Assembly: GCA_963665665.1 (NCBI GenBank)
Contig: OY762428.1
Span: 2,528,001 to 2,592,000 of the forward strand
Reading direction: 5' to 3'
Length of the DNA stretch: 64,000 nt
Origin: Candidatus Kapaibacterium sp.
Lineage (GTDB): Bacteria; Bacteroidota; Ignavibacteria; Kapaibacteriales; UBA2268
In this document: piece by piece, positions 10,367-20,085 of the stretch
Layout of the letters: each line of letters starts with the position of its first letter
How positions within the stretch are numbered: position 1 is the first letter of the stretch
Position numbers and translations under genes: made by a program
The notes under the pieces: generated by a model
Told to the model about the DNA's origin: nothing
The model's database searches: none
Seen by the model: only the letters and a program-made list of their open reading frames with translations

Positions 10367-10564
10367 TCAGCTACCTCGATATTGAATATATTAATAAATT
10401 AATGTTTCTTCTAATATAAACGCTGAACGATCACTTTTCCTTATACAAAAATCTGAATTTTTCAATTATTTCTAAGCGTTTATCAAAATTAAGATACAAA
10501 AGTAGAATCAAACAAACAATTGGAAAAATCTTTTCTGTGTATTCCGTGTTTGTAAAATAAATTT

Positions 10565-10756
10565 CTAATAGGTTTTAATCCTGCCGCTCTTGTATTTATC
10601 TATTCCAATCTGAATATTCCCCCTGAAAGAATGTGGTGCCGGCCGTCCACACTGGCCCTTGCCGTCTTTATCTATCTTACACATCCTGAAGCACCAGGGT
10701 GTCCTGTTCTTCGTCATGGGGCATCCAAGGTAAGTATAATCCGGTAATTTTCTCAT
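10565..10756 (-). CDS. Small Cys-containing hypothetical protein (63 aa)
   Basis: CAGGAGA RBS before ATG 10756; MRKLPDYTYLGCPMTKNRTPWCFRMCKIDKDGKGQCGRPAPH...; co-oriented upstream of the rubrerythrin-like gene. Confidence 0.6.
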   Translation of the reverse strand: MRKLPDYTYLGCPMTKNRTPWCFRMCKIDKDGKGQCGRPAPHSFRGNIQIGIDKYKSGRIKTY

Positions 10757-10987
10757 CTTATCTCCTGAAAAATTATATAATATTAAAAAGGACGATAATG
10801 GTCGTATATGATTGTTAATAACCATTACCAGATATAATATCACAATATTTGCCAATTTTTTTTCAGAACTCCTTAGCACGGAACAAGAAATCAACGAGTT
10901 ATTAGGACAACGCGTAAAATAATATGTTGTGTATATTAAAAAATTACCACATCAATATATCTGGACAATGAAATATTGTCATGCCTG

Positions 10988-11100
10988 ACCTCCACAAACC
11001 CGTCCCGTCCACGATTTGTCGGGATCCGAAGGAGGGACTTACTGCAAAGCCCTACCCTTCGGGGAGACGCGGCCCCATACGAGTTTTTTTGGGGGTTGGG
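10988..11100. repeat. Degenerate GC-rich REP-like palindromic element with a nested CCxGATTTGTCGGG mini-palindrome
   Basis: ccgaaggaggg...cccta-cccttcgg arms in an AT-rich intergenic region; cgatttgtcggg shared with other copies in the window. Confidence 0.5.
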
Positions 11101-11226
11101 AACTGAATGGGAATAATCAATAACCGGGACTTCAAAAAATATATGGATTCCGGATGTCTGAATTTTTTTGTAAGGTTAATACTCAACCTGGCAGGTTGGA
11201 TTATTTCATTAATATTAGTCCGGGAT

Positions 11227-11256
11227 AAAAAAAAGCTCCTGCACTTGGAGGAGCTT
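11227..11256 (-). terminator. Intrinsic terminator for the lipoprotein gene
   Basis: aagctcct-gcacttgg-aggagctt with an A run on the left (U tract on the minus strand). Confidence 0.75.
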
Positions 11257-11280
11257 ATTAAGTAAATATTTTAAAAATTA

Positions 11281-11928
11281 TTACAATTTCGCAAGTTCTT
11301 TTATGTTCATGCCAGCCAGTACTTTTCTTGCAAGGTCGGTATTTTTCTGGAATGTGGCTGTAACTTCAACAATAAAACGATATGCCACCGAATAAGTAAC
11401 TTCTACCCTGCCGTTTTTATTATTGAACTTCTCGAAAGCGAAAACATCGTCTATGCCGGTATCGAAGGTTCTTTCAAAGCCGCTATCATCTTCCCTGGAG
11501 TATCCGTTCATCCAGAAAGCCATTGCCATCAATCCTGCTGCATGCTGGTTGAAGTCAATTACTTTAACGTTCATAACAGACTCACCGTCAGCTGTTTGAA
11601 ATTGAACTTTTGCTTCGGAAAGGGAAAACATCATCATGTTGGTTGTTTCTCCGCCAGGCTTGCCGGCTGTGTAGCCCGGGATTTCAGTTGGCAGATATTT
11701 CTGGAGGTCTTTATAGTTCATTGCCAGAGTATCGCCACGTTCCTTTCGGGCCATGATAATTTCTTCTGAACGGTCAACTCTTTTTTCAAGTTCTTCTGCT
11801 TTTTCGGGCAGGTCTTTCATTGTTTCGGCGAACTGCTTAAGTTCCTCAACTTCACTGTTTTCACCGCCACCGCAGGAAATAAAGCCAATAAATGATAAGC
11901 ACATAAGCATGGCAAGTACCTTCTTCAT
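11281..11928 (-). CDS. Hypothetical lipoprotein
   Basis: MKK + hydrophobic stretch + FISC lipobox; GAGG RBS. Confidence 0.7.
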   Translation of the reverse strand: MKKVLAMLMCLSFIGFISCGGGENSEVEELKQFAETMKDLPEKAEELEKRVDRSEEIIMARKERGDTLAMNYKDLQKYLPTEIPGYTAGKPGGETTNMMMFSLSEAKVQFQTADGESVMNVKVIDFNQHAAGLMAMAFWMNGYSREDDSGFERTFDTGIDDVFAFEKFNNKNGRVEVTYSVAYRFIVEVTATFQKNTDLARKVLAGMNIKELAKL

Positions 11929-12229
11929 AAATTACCTCGATAAATATGTGTAAAACAAAGTATTTTCATCACTATAATCTAACACATTTTTTTGAAATTT
12001 TCAATTTTATTAAACTATTCAAAAATTTTTATTTCAGTGGAGGTGAAATTTTTACTTACAGAATATTTATTCTAATAGCAACAACTAATAAAATAATCAA
12101 TGGTAAAATCGTCTGAAAATTATTGATAGTTATAAAAAATTTCATTTTGCATTAATATATATTTCATAAACATGCGTGATTCAGAAATGATATAAACAGT
12201 CCCATATTATGCCACATAAAGGAAACTGA

Positions 12230-15200
12230 ATGAAATATATTAAGTTACTTTCTTTGTTGATAACACTTTTGATTTTTACAAACGATGATGCTTTTTCTTG
12301 GCAGGAATGCGACTCAATCCGATCCTGTCTTGGCAGGGCTCTTACCCTTACCGTTAATGAAGGCAAAGGAGCCCACTATGTGGATATTGTTAAAACATCA
12401 TCATGGAATAAATTTGATAAAGAACTAACATTCCAGGCATGGATTAACCCCGAGAAACAGGAAGGCAAAACGGTATTTCTTGCCGGTCTGTGGGGCCCTG
12501 CTTACGATAAAAATGATGTCTGGAGAATTTATTTTACTCCCGACGACCGCCTGATATTTGAAGTGAACGGCCCGGAAACCGATATGAGATATGCGGATAA
12601 TACTTTCGCGGAATTTGAAGCGGCAGGTCTATATGATAAATGGTCGCATATTAGCGCTGTATTTGACGGCTATACTGAGCAGGTATATCTTTATATTGAC
12701 GGTATTGTGGTTGATTCATCCCGAAATGCATCCTACCCGGCAGACAGGCTCCGAAAACAGACCAACCCGGAGTTGCCAGTTCAGCTTGGCTCTACTTCTT
12801 CTCTATCGGATAATCCCGATAATCGTACATTCCGGGGGCAGATAGACGAAGTGAAAATCTGGGCAAGGTCGCTGCCACCCGATGAAATCCTATGCCAGAA
12901 AGACAAAGCCCACTACGGAACCGAAGACAGCCTTATGGTTTATTACAGAATGAACGAAACTCCTGTGGTATATAATCTGTGCGATGCTACCGGGCACGGA
13001 AACTTCGGGAAAGCCCGCAGCGGGGCCTCCTGCCAGTACTCGGACAGAAAATTTATTACAACCGTGATCGGATCACCATTAAAAATCACGGATACATTAA
13101 AATGTGACACTGAAAAAAGCTGGACATTTACCGTGGTTGATACCGGTGTTTGTCAGAACAGGATATGGATGCGTGTTCTTGATGAACGAAAATCTGAATA
13201 TACTATCACTCCTTCGAATACATATCTTGAACCGGGCATACCTACCCAATTCACACTGACATTGAATACAGAATATGTCGGTAATATTAAAAGCCGCCTT
13301 CAGATAATTCCATATAACTGGTGCAGGCAGGTTATTACCGTACCGCTTGATTTAACCAGGATAACTGAACTCCAATACGACAAAGATACAGTTGAGTTCG
13401 GAGAGTTGCTGGCACACTGTACCGAGAAGCCCTGGGTTGACAGTACAATAAGGATTTGCAACCGTAGCGACCTGCTCGGAACACCGGAGGATATAACAAT
13501 AAATTCCATAACATCACAAATGCCTGACGTTTTCAGGCCTATTCACGGCGCTTTGCCTGTAACACTGAAACCCGGAGACTGCTATGAATTTGACGTCAGA
13601 TTTATTTCGGGTGATACAACTGCATTATATCTTGATACGCTAATGATCAATTCCACTGATAAATGTGTCGGATCCGGAAAAATTCCTTTGTCTGGCTCTG
13701 TGATGGATGTGCTGGCAATTACCGGTAAGGATGGCAGTACAAGGATGGACAGCATTGATTTCGGGACAGTCTGCGTGGATTATGCTTCAAATGCTGTTAA
13801 CTGGCTGTGGACAAACCTTAGCGATGAAGATATTTTTATTGATTCTATTATCGTACCCGGGCATTTTATTGTAAAAAAATTCAAATATCCCGTTATGCTT
13901 GAACCGGCTACCGGGTATAAGGATAATTATTTCAGATTTACGCCCGAAGCTCCCGGCGTATTTATGGATTCAATTGTTTTTGTTGTCCGCGCAGGGGGCT
14001 GTACTATTATGAAGCCAGTATATGTTCAGGGACGAGGCTTTTTCGCTGACGTTAGGTTTACAGTTGATTCGGCTGATTTCGGCGATGTGATTATAGGGCA
14101 GGAACTATCGCAAAATATTTCTGTAAAAAATCACAGCGATGATACTCTTACGCTTGCATTTTATCTGCGAACGGGTGAATCTTTCTTCCTGACTGGCACA
14201 AGGCAATTCAGCCTTACACCGGGTCAGACGAAATCGCTGCCCGTTACTTTCCGCCCGGTTGATGAAGAAATTTATTACGACGAAATATGCCTTTTTGAAC
14301 AGAGATGCTATACCTCGGCATGTATAAATATAAAAGGCAGGGGAGTTCTGGAACGCTTCGATTTCGAACCCCTGGTAATGAGAACAGACAATGTTCTGGC
14401 GTGCAGCAATATGGACGACACATTGAATATTATTAACCGTTCGGGCGTTACTCAGGAATTGAGCGATTTTGTGCTGAACGATCCTTCAGGCAGGTTCAGC
14501 TTTGTCGATCCTCCGACGCCGCCCTCCAGCGTGATGTTGTCGCCTGGCGAATCTCAGAGATTTATTTTCAACTATGACCCCAATGACCTGACTACCGACC
14601 GGGCTGACAGAGCCTTCCTGGATTACAGGACATCCGACGGCGTGGAATGGTCTGCAAAGCTTTTCGGAACATCGATAGTGCCTAAAATATTTGTTACGGA
14701 TCAGACGCTTTACGGCATACTTGAAGTAGGAGACAGCAAACGCGATACTATTACAATTGAAAATTCCTCGCCGCTTGATATTCAAATTGATTCCATATAT
14801 GTTCCAAACGGTTTTACGCTGATATGGCCGGGAACTAATCCAAATATTGTTCTTGGCCCGAGGGATTCCATTCAGGCGATAATAGATTTTACTCCCGCCG
14901 TTCCCGGCGAATATTCGGACACTATTGAAGTATTTTCCACTTCTCCATGCCTGGTTCGCGGAACAGGAATTCTTGCCGGTACTGCAGTTATTGTACCGCT
15001 TGAAGCGCCGTTGTCGGTTATCAGTTTTGGCTTTGTTCGTCCCTGTGATTGCGAAACAAGGACTGTTCCCCTGGTGAACGGTTCAAAGGTATTTGATATG
15101 AGTATAGACAGTATCTGGATTGACGATAATAATATTCCTGTGGCAAATCCGGAATTTTTCTCATGGACATCTTTCTATTCTCCTGACGGTACTACGCCTT

Positions 15201-17218
15201 ATTCAATACCTCCATGGTCCAGAGATACGGTTAAGATAACATATTGCCCGAGAACAACTTCCGAAAGGCAGAAAGTTGATAACGCCGCGAGGCTGAATAT
15301 ACTTGCTTCAGGTTCGGGATGGGAAGGCGATTACGATGTATTTCTTGCAGGAAAAAGCCAGCTTATGTTCGAGCCATTGCCTGTTGAACATACATTCCCG
15401 CCCACCAGGGTCGATACTTTCTCTGTTCCGGGATATATAAAACTGAAAATTCCGGGCCTGGATATGAATCCTGACCAGTCGGATATAAAAATTGACAGCA
15501 TTACATTTGTTCCGAACGAGAGAGTTTTCTTTGCATCGGACAGCCTGGGGAATCCATTCCCTTTATCACTAATATCCCCTGATTCACTGATGATACAGGT
15601 AGATTTCAAACCGAGAGCTGTAAGGGCCTACTCGGCAAAGATGAAGATTCATGCATCCCGGCCATGCTCATTCAGCGATACAACTGTGCTTCTGAACGGC
15701 GTGGGCTTTGCTCCGGCATTCGGGCTTGATTTCGTATTCGAGAACGACAGGGTACCGCTGGATACTTTCAGGTTTATTAATTGCGATACTTTAACGATTC
15801 CGGTCTATTCTTCAAGGAATTTTCCCGCCGAGGTAGTTGATATTAAATGTCGCATCGGGTATGATACTACAAAGCTGATGTATATTTCATCCCAATCCGA
15901 TTACTTAGATGAAAGCTGCGGAGTACATGTTCCCAATATCAGCCATACAATATCCCAATACGGAGGCAGTGAATTCCTGCTGAAAAATTTCTGCAATGTA
16001 GATTCGCTCCGGCCAATCGTAACTGCAAAATATATTGCCCTGCAGCCGGACAGGGACACATTGCGAATAACCGTTGACAGCATATATTTCGATACGGAGG
16101 AAGTGATATTATATCATATAATAGCCGAGACGGACAGCGGCAGGGTGATAATCCTTGAGCCTGATTTCGAGATACTTTCTCCCGTGGTATTTGATTCAAC
16201 CATGGTACTGGATTGTCAGAGTAGAATCGCACAGATATTAAATACGGGCGACGTTCCATTGTCAGTTGACAATATACTTGAGCTACCGCCGGATGTAAAA
16301 GTAATATCATCCGTCCCGCCACCGGTTTCAATGTTCAATCCCGGAGAAATTGCAGAGATCACGCTTGAGTTCTGCCCGCGGCGCAAACAGGAATTTGATA
16401 CATTATATCTTGCTGAAAGCATCAATCCCTGCTTTATGGCAAATTCCAATACCATAAGGGGAATTGGATATGCGCCGGAATTTCCTTTTGTTAACGATGT
16501 GGCATTTAATTTCACCGTGCCGGATACGCTCAGCACGCAGATAGGCGATACTATCGCCATTCCTCTTGTTTTCGAGAAAGACTTTTCGGCAGTGAGGCAC
16601 GGGATTGAATACTGGCTGAACGGCCTGAGCTTTACGCTTGATATGGCTTATAATCCCAGGGCGTTGAAATATCTTGATATTCAAAACAACACGGGCGGAG
16701 ATATGGAAGTTGATTACTCCCACGGTTTCCTGAAACTGAATTTCTCCGGGGTGGATACCCTGAAAGCCGGGCCTGCCGCCGAGGCAAGATTCCTTGCAGC
16801 TGTGCCGGATTCCGTGATATCATTTATCTACACTGAATCATACGGTTTCGAAACCGACTCCATTTTCTTCCTTGACCTGATACCCTCGGGATCGGACGCA
16901 TTCTTCCTAAGCGGAGAGAAATGCAATATCAACAGCCTGCAATTTCCGGACGAGATAGTCGAAGGCATCAGGCATTATCCCCAGCCCTGGAATGATATGC
17001 TAAGGATAACCTTCCGCCTTTCAGAGAAATCGGAACTAAGCCTGAGAATACTGAATTCTCAGGGCGTTGAAGTTTTAGAACCGATAGCGCCGGAAACAAA
17101 AGAAAGCGGAATTTATAATATCAATATCCCGTCCCGGAACCTGAGCAGCGGACTGTACTATTATGTCCTGAAAGCAGGCGGTGAGATCAAAACAGGCAAG
17201 ATAGTTTTATTGAAGTAA
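12230..17218 (+). CDS. Large secreted protein: LamG/ConA-like domain, many Ig-like (choice-of-anchor D/ASH-type) domains, T9SS CTD
   Basis: LTFQAWINP, WSHISAVFDG..YLYIDG, FRGQIDEVKIW (LamG); repeated 'DFG.V......I.N' Ig units; CTD HYPQPWN...LSSGLYYYVL. Confidence 0.85.
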   Translation: MKYIKLLSLLITLLIFTNDDAFSWQECDSIRSCLGRALTLTVNEGKGAHYVDIVKTSSWNKFDKELTFQAWINPEKQEGKTVFLAGLWGPAYDKNDVWRIYFTPDDRLIFEVNGPETDMRYADNTFAEFEAAGLYDKWSHISAVFDGYTEQVYLYIDGIVVDSSRNASYPADRLRKQTNPELPVQLGSTSSLSDNPDNRTFRGQIDEVKIWARSLPPDEILCQKDKAHYGTEDSLMVYYRMNETPVVYNLCDATGHGNFGKARSGASCQYSDRKFITTVIGSPLKITDTLKCDTEKSWTFTVVDTGVCQNRIWMRVLDERKSEYTITPSNTYLEPGIPTQFTLTLNTEYVGNIKSRLQIIPYNWCRQVITVPLDLTRITELQYDKDTVEFGELLAHCTEKPWVDSTIRICNRSDLLGTPEDITINSITSQMPDVFRPIHGALPVTLKPGDCYEFDVRFISGDTTALYLDTLMINSTDKCVGSGKIPLSGSVMDVLAITGKDGSTRMDSIDFGTVCVDYASNAVNWLWTNLSDEDIFIDSIIVPGHFIVKKFKYPVMLEPATGYKDNYFRFTPEAPGVFMDSIVFVVRAGGCTIMKPVYVQGRGFFADVRFTVDSADFGDVIIGQELSQNISVKNHSDDTLTLAFYLRTGESFFLTGTRQFSLTPGQTKSLPVTFRPVDEEIYYDEICLFEQRCYTSACINIKGRGVLERFDFEPLVMRTDNVLACSNMDDTLNIINRSGVTQELSDFVLNDPSGRFSFVDPPTPPSSVMLSPGESQRFIFNYDPNDLTTDRADRAFLDYRTSDGVEWSAKLFGTSIVPKIFVTDQTLYGILEVGDSKRDTITIENSSPLDIQIDSIYVPNGFTLIWPGTNPNIVLGPRDSIQAIIDFTPAVPGEYSDTIEVFSTSPCLVRGTGILAGTAVIVPLEAPLSVISFGFVRPCDCETRTVPLVNGSKVFDMSIDSIWIDDNNIPVANPEFFSWTSFYSPDGTTPYSIPPWSRDTVKITYCPRTTSERQKVDNAARLNILASGSGWEGDYDVFLAGKSQLMFEPLPVEHTFPPTRVDTFSVPGYIKLKIPGLDMNPDQSDIKIDSITFVPNERVFFASDSLGNPFPLSLISPDSLMIQVDFKPRAVRAYSAKMKIHASRPCSFSDTTVLLNGVGFAPAFGLDFVFENDRVPLDTFRFINCDTLTIPVYSSRNFPAEVVDIKCRIGYDTTKLMYISSQSDYLDESCGVHVPNISHTISQYGGSEFLLKNFCNVDSLRPIVTAKYIALQPDRDTLRITVDSIYFDTEEVILYHIIAETDSGRVIILEPDFEILSPVVFDSTMVLDCQSRIAQILNTGDVPLSVDNILELPPDVKVISSVPPPVSMFNPGEIAEITLEFCPRRKQEFDTLYLAESINPCFMANSNTIRGIGYAPEFPFVNDVAFNFTVPDTLSTQIGDTIAIPLVFEKDFSAVRHGIEYWLNGLSFTLDMAYNPRALKYLDIQNNTGGDMEVDYSHGFLKLNFSGVDTLKAGPAAEARFLAAVPDSVISFIYTESYGFETDSIFFLDLIPSGSDAFFLSGEKCNINSLQFPDEIVEGIRHYPQPWNDMLRITFRLSEKSELSLRILNSQGVEVLEPIAPETKESGIYNINIPSRNLSSGLYYYVLKAGGEIKTGKIVLLK

Positions 17219-17234
17219 TATTTCTTATATTAAA

Positions 17235-17263
17235 TCATCCGATCACTTCAAGTGATCGGATGA
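17235..17263. repeat. Perfect 29-bp palindrome (REP-like or bidirectional terminator) between convergent T9SS cargo genes
   Basis: tcatccgatcactt-c-aagtgatcggatga. Confidence 0.85.
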
Positions 17264-17281
17264 GTTGTTTTTTATTCTTTC

Positions 17282-19774
17282 CTACTTCTCCACTACTATC
17301 GGAATACTATCCGTGATACCGTTGTGCCGGACGAGGATAAAGTAAATGCCCGAGGGAACTGCCGAACAGTTCCAGATGAATTCCGCCGAGGCTTTGTTCA
17401 GCCAATTTATTTCGATATTTTCTTTGTTTTGCACCTGTTCGCCGGATAGATCGTAAACGCCCATAATTGATTCTTCAAGATCGAAGCTCATATCGTAGGA
17501 TATCAGGGTTTTTATCAGGTTGCGGCCCGGCAAGGGATATGGATTCCCGGCATAGAAATGATTAGTGTAGTAAAGCTTTTCGGCCTGTATTTCAACCCCT
17601 ACCGGTGCGTGCTCTTCTGTCATCATGCGGTAGTAGTTGAAGGGGCGCAGGCTGTCACTTAGCCCGACGAGAGCCACATTGCCCTTGCAAATAACGGAAG
17701 AAAATGTCGGGCGGCCATAATCCCAGGGAGCGTCCTCCCATTTCGTCAGGTCGTTTCTGTCAGTATTTTCGAGGAAAAGCTCCTCGCCGAGAATGTAAAA
17801 CTTTCCGCTAAGCTCCATAAAGAAAATGCTGTCCAGCTCTGCATTTTCGTAAAGATTATCAAATGTATTGCGTTTCCTGTCGTACATCAGTATTCGTGCG
17901 GGATATGTAGCGGCAAAGAACACAGAATCCTTGTTCAGTTCGTATATCTGGCTGAACTCAAGCCATTCGTCAATTTTGTATATTGATTTCCTTACCCTGC
18001 CGCTGTCTGTGGCTTCTAACACTTCAAAAGCTGAAAAATAATTCTGGCTTTGCTCTTTTGTGGAGCAGAACTTCAAAAAAGAATCAAAATTATCGGCAAG
18101 AACATAATGAACATAGCATAATGAATCGGTTACAGCAATATCGCAGTTCAGCTTCACCTCCGGGTTGGTCTCCTCGAATATGTTCTCGTCAAAAATATAA
18201 GTATAATTCGTTGATAAGGGATTGTCAAGATAGGCGCAAAACAGGTATTTGCTTCCGGATTTGCATATATTAGTCATGTTTCTTTCGGCAGGATTTCCGC
18301 AGTGGTTAAATGGCGTTAATGTGTGTGGATAAAACGATCGACCGTAATTGTTTGTATAGAAAATATTTCCGCAAGGGTAGTTCATCCAGGACTTATAGCC
18401 AAGTATAAAGCCGCTTCCGTCTTTATTGAAATACTCACCGGATGGGTTTGTTAAGGCGTGATACGTTAATTCCGGAACAGAATCATGAATAATTGCAATT
18501 CTTTTTACTGGTTGGAATGTATTGCCGTAATCAAAGCTTGTATTGATTTCATTAAAATTATTATCGGAATAATTTTCTTTTTTCCTGAATGAATATGTGG
18601 AATCATTCCAGATAAAAGCAGGCTTACCGGAGTTGCTGGAAACAAGCTCCCAGGATTCCCCGAGATTTTCAGCTTTTAGCAATGTGTTTTCTATTCCGGC
18701 GCTTAGAACTGTTTTATTCCCGCACACGTAATTGCGTTCCCTTATTTTTTGATATATGCCGTTCTGAAAAACCGACGGCTGTCCGTAATTATTCAGGCTG
18801 TGGTAATGATTAATAAATTCATTTCCGATATTAACAAATGTGTCTGCAGGCGTAGAAAAATATTGAAACAAACCAAAATCCCACTGAAATTGAAATGTTG
18901 TATCATCTATATAATCATTAGCATAAAGCATTTTATCGAAAACATAATATGTATTTCCTAAAACATAATTATTCTTAAAATAATCCTTATCACTCCTGTT
19001 CATATAAAGCGTATCCGTGTAAAAATAAGTCCAGTTATCATAATCATCATCCGACATATATAGCTGACCGGCTATATTAAACACGTATTCTTCATTAATT
19101 TTCATTATGTCTCTTAGCCTGTATGTTGCCGGGTTAGTAATATACATTTTATCATTTAGCGTAATCACCCTGCTTTCTATAAGGTCCGGTGAAAGAACAA
19201 GGAATGAACTGTATTTATATGAAAGAGCAGCAATAATTTCGTCATTTCTTTCTCCAATAAAAGTGTTATCGTAATATTTAGGCAATTCATCAGGACTGAA
19301 AAAAGGATTTGAGCTTTCTTCCGAAATTATTAAAGTATCTATATATTCATTTATCAGGTTATAATTTTTATCGAATCGGAAAATACTTTGTTGGGTTCTG
19401 ATATAAACAAAATCGCCAAAAGATAGAATATTAACAAAAATATTATCCTCGCCTGTTTCGAATTTGGTTTTCAACCATGTTTTCCCTTTATCAACCGATT
19501 TGAGCAATATATCCGGGTTCAATATTCCAAACAAAGTATCGTTGGCATTAACAATTTTCCTGATTTCACCATATTCGTGAATATATCTGTGCTTCCAAGT
19601 TTTACCCCCGTCCATCGACTCCAGCCCCGAACCGTTCGTCCCGTAAGCAATAATATAATCCCCTGCGGCTACTGTACCCAAATAATGTATTTTCAGCGGC
19701 ATAAGGTTGAAGGTTTCGGCAGCAGTGATTTGAAAAGAAATACAAAGCAAGGTAAGTATCAAAAACTTTTTCAT
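17282..19774 (-). CDS. BNR/Asp-box beta-propeller secreted protein with T9SS CTD
   Basis: Signal peptide; Asp-boxes SMDGGKTW, SVDKGKTW, SFDYGNTF, TNNYGRSF; CTD NPYPLP...PSGIYFILV. Confidence 0.8.
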   Translation of the reverse strand: MKKFLILTLLCISFQITAAETFNLMPLKIHYLGTVAAGDYIIAYGTNGSGLESMDGGKTWKHRYIHEYGEIRKIVNANDTLFGILNPDILLKSVDKGKTWLKTKFETGEDNIFVNILSFGDFVYIRTQQSIFRFDKNYNLINEYIDTLIISEESSNPFFSPDELPKYYDNTFIGERNDEIIAALSYKYSSFLVLSPDLIESRVITLNDKMYITNPATYRLRDIMKINEEYVFNIAGQLYMSDDDYDNWTYFYTDTLYMNRSDKDYFKNNYVLGNTYYVFDKMLYANDYIDDTTFQFQWDFGLFQYFSTPADTFVNIGNEFINHYHSLNNYGQPSVFQNGIYQKIRERNYVCGNKTVLSAGIENTLLKAENLGESWELVSSNSGKPAFIWNDSTYSFRKKENYSDNNFNEINTSFDYGNTFQPVKRIAIIHDSVPELTYHALTNPSGEYFNKDGSGFILGYKSWMNYPCGNIFYTNNYGRSFYPHTLTPFNHCGNPAERNMTNICKSGSKYLFCAYLDNPLSTNYTYIFDENIFEETNPEVKLNCDIAVTDSLCYVHYVLADNFDSFLKFCSTKEQSQNYFSAFEVLEATDSGRVRKSIYKIDEWLEFSQIYELNKDSVFFAATYPARILMYDRKRNTFDNLYENAELDSIFFMELSGKFYILGEELFLENTDRNDLTKWEDAPWDYGRPTFSSVICKGNVALVGLSDSLRPFNYYRMMTEEHAPVGVEIQAEKLYYTNHFYAGNPYPLPGRNLIKTLISYDMSFDLEESIMGVYDLSGEQVQNKENIEINWLNKASAEFIWNCSAVPSGIYFILVRHNGITDSIPIVVEK

Positions 19775-20085
19775 CTCCAATCCTTTATAATTATGGATAA
19801 TTATTTCCCCGAATATTTAATATCTAAATCTGATTCTTTATTAATGTAGGAAATATTTTATATATAAGCAAGAAAAAAACAAATAATCTTAATTATTTTT
19901 CACAAGTATTTATGTTTTTATAACTATATTACTCATCAGAACTTTGCAGTATAGAATTAAGACTGAGGATGTGATGTATTATGGTAACATTTCTGAAATT
20001 TTGCATTCCCAACAAAATTTATTAATTTTAAAAACTTGGAACTTGTACTATTAGTATTTATTTGTTTATTAATTAAGGTTGGGTT

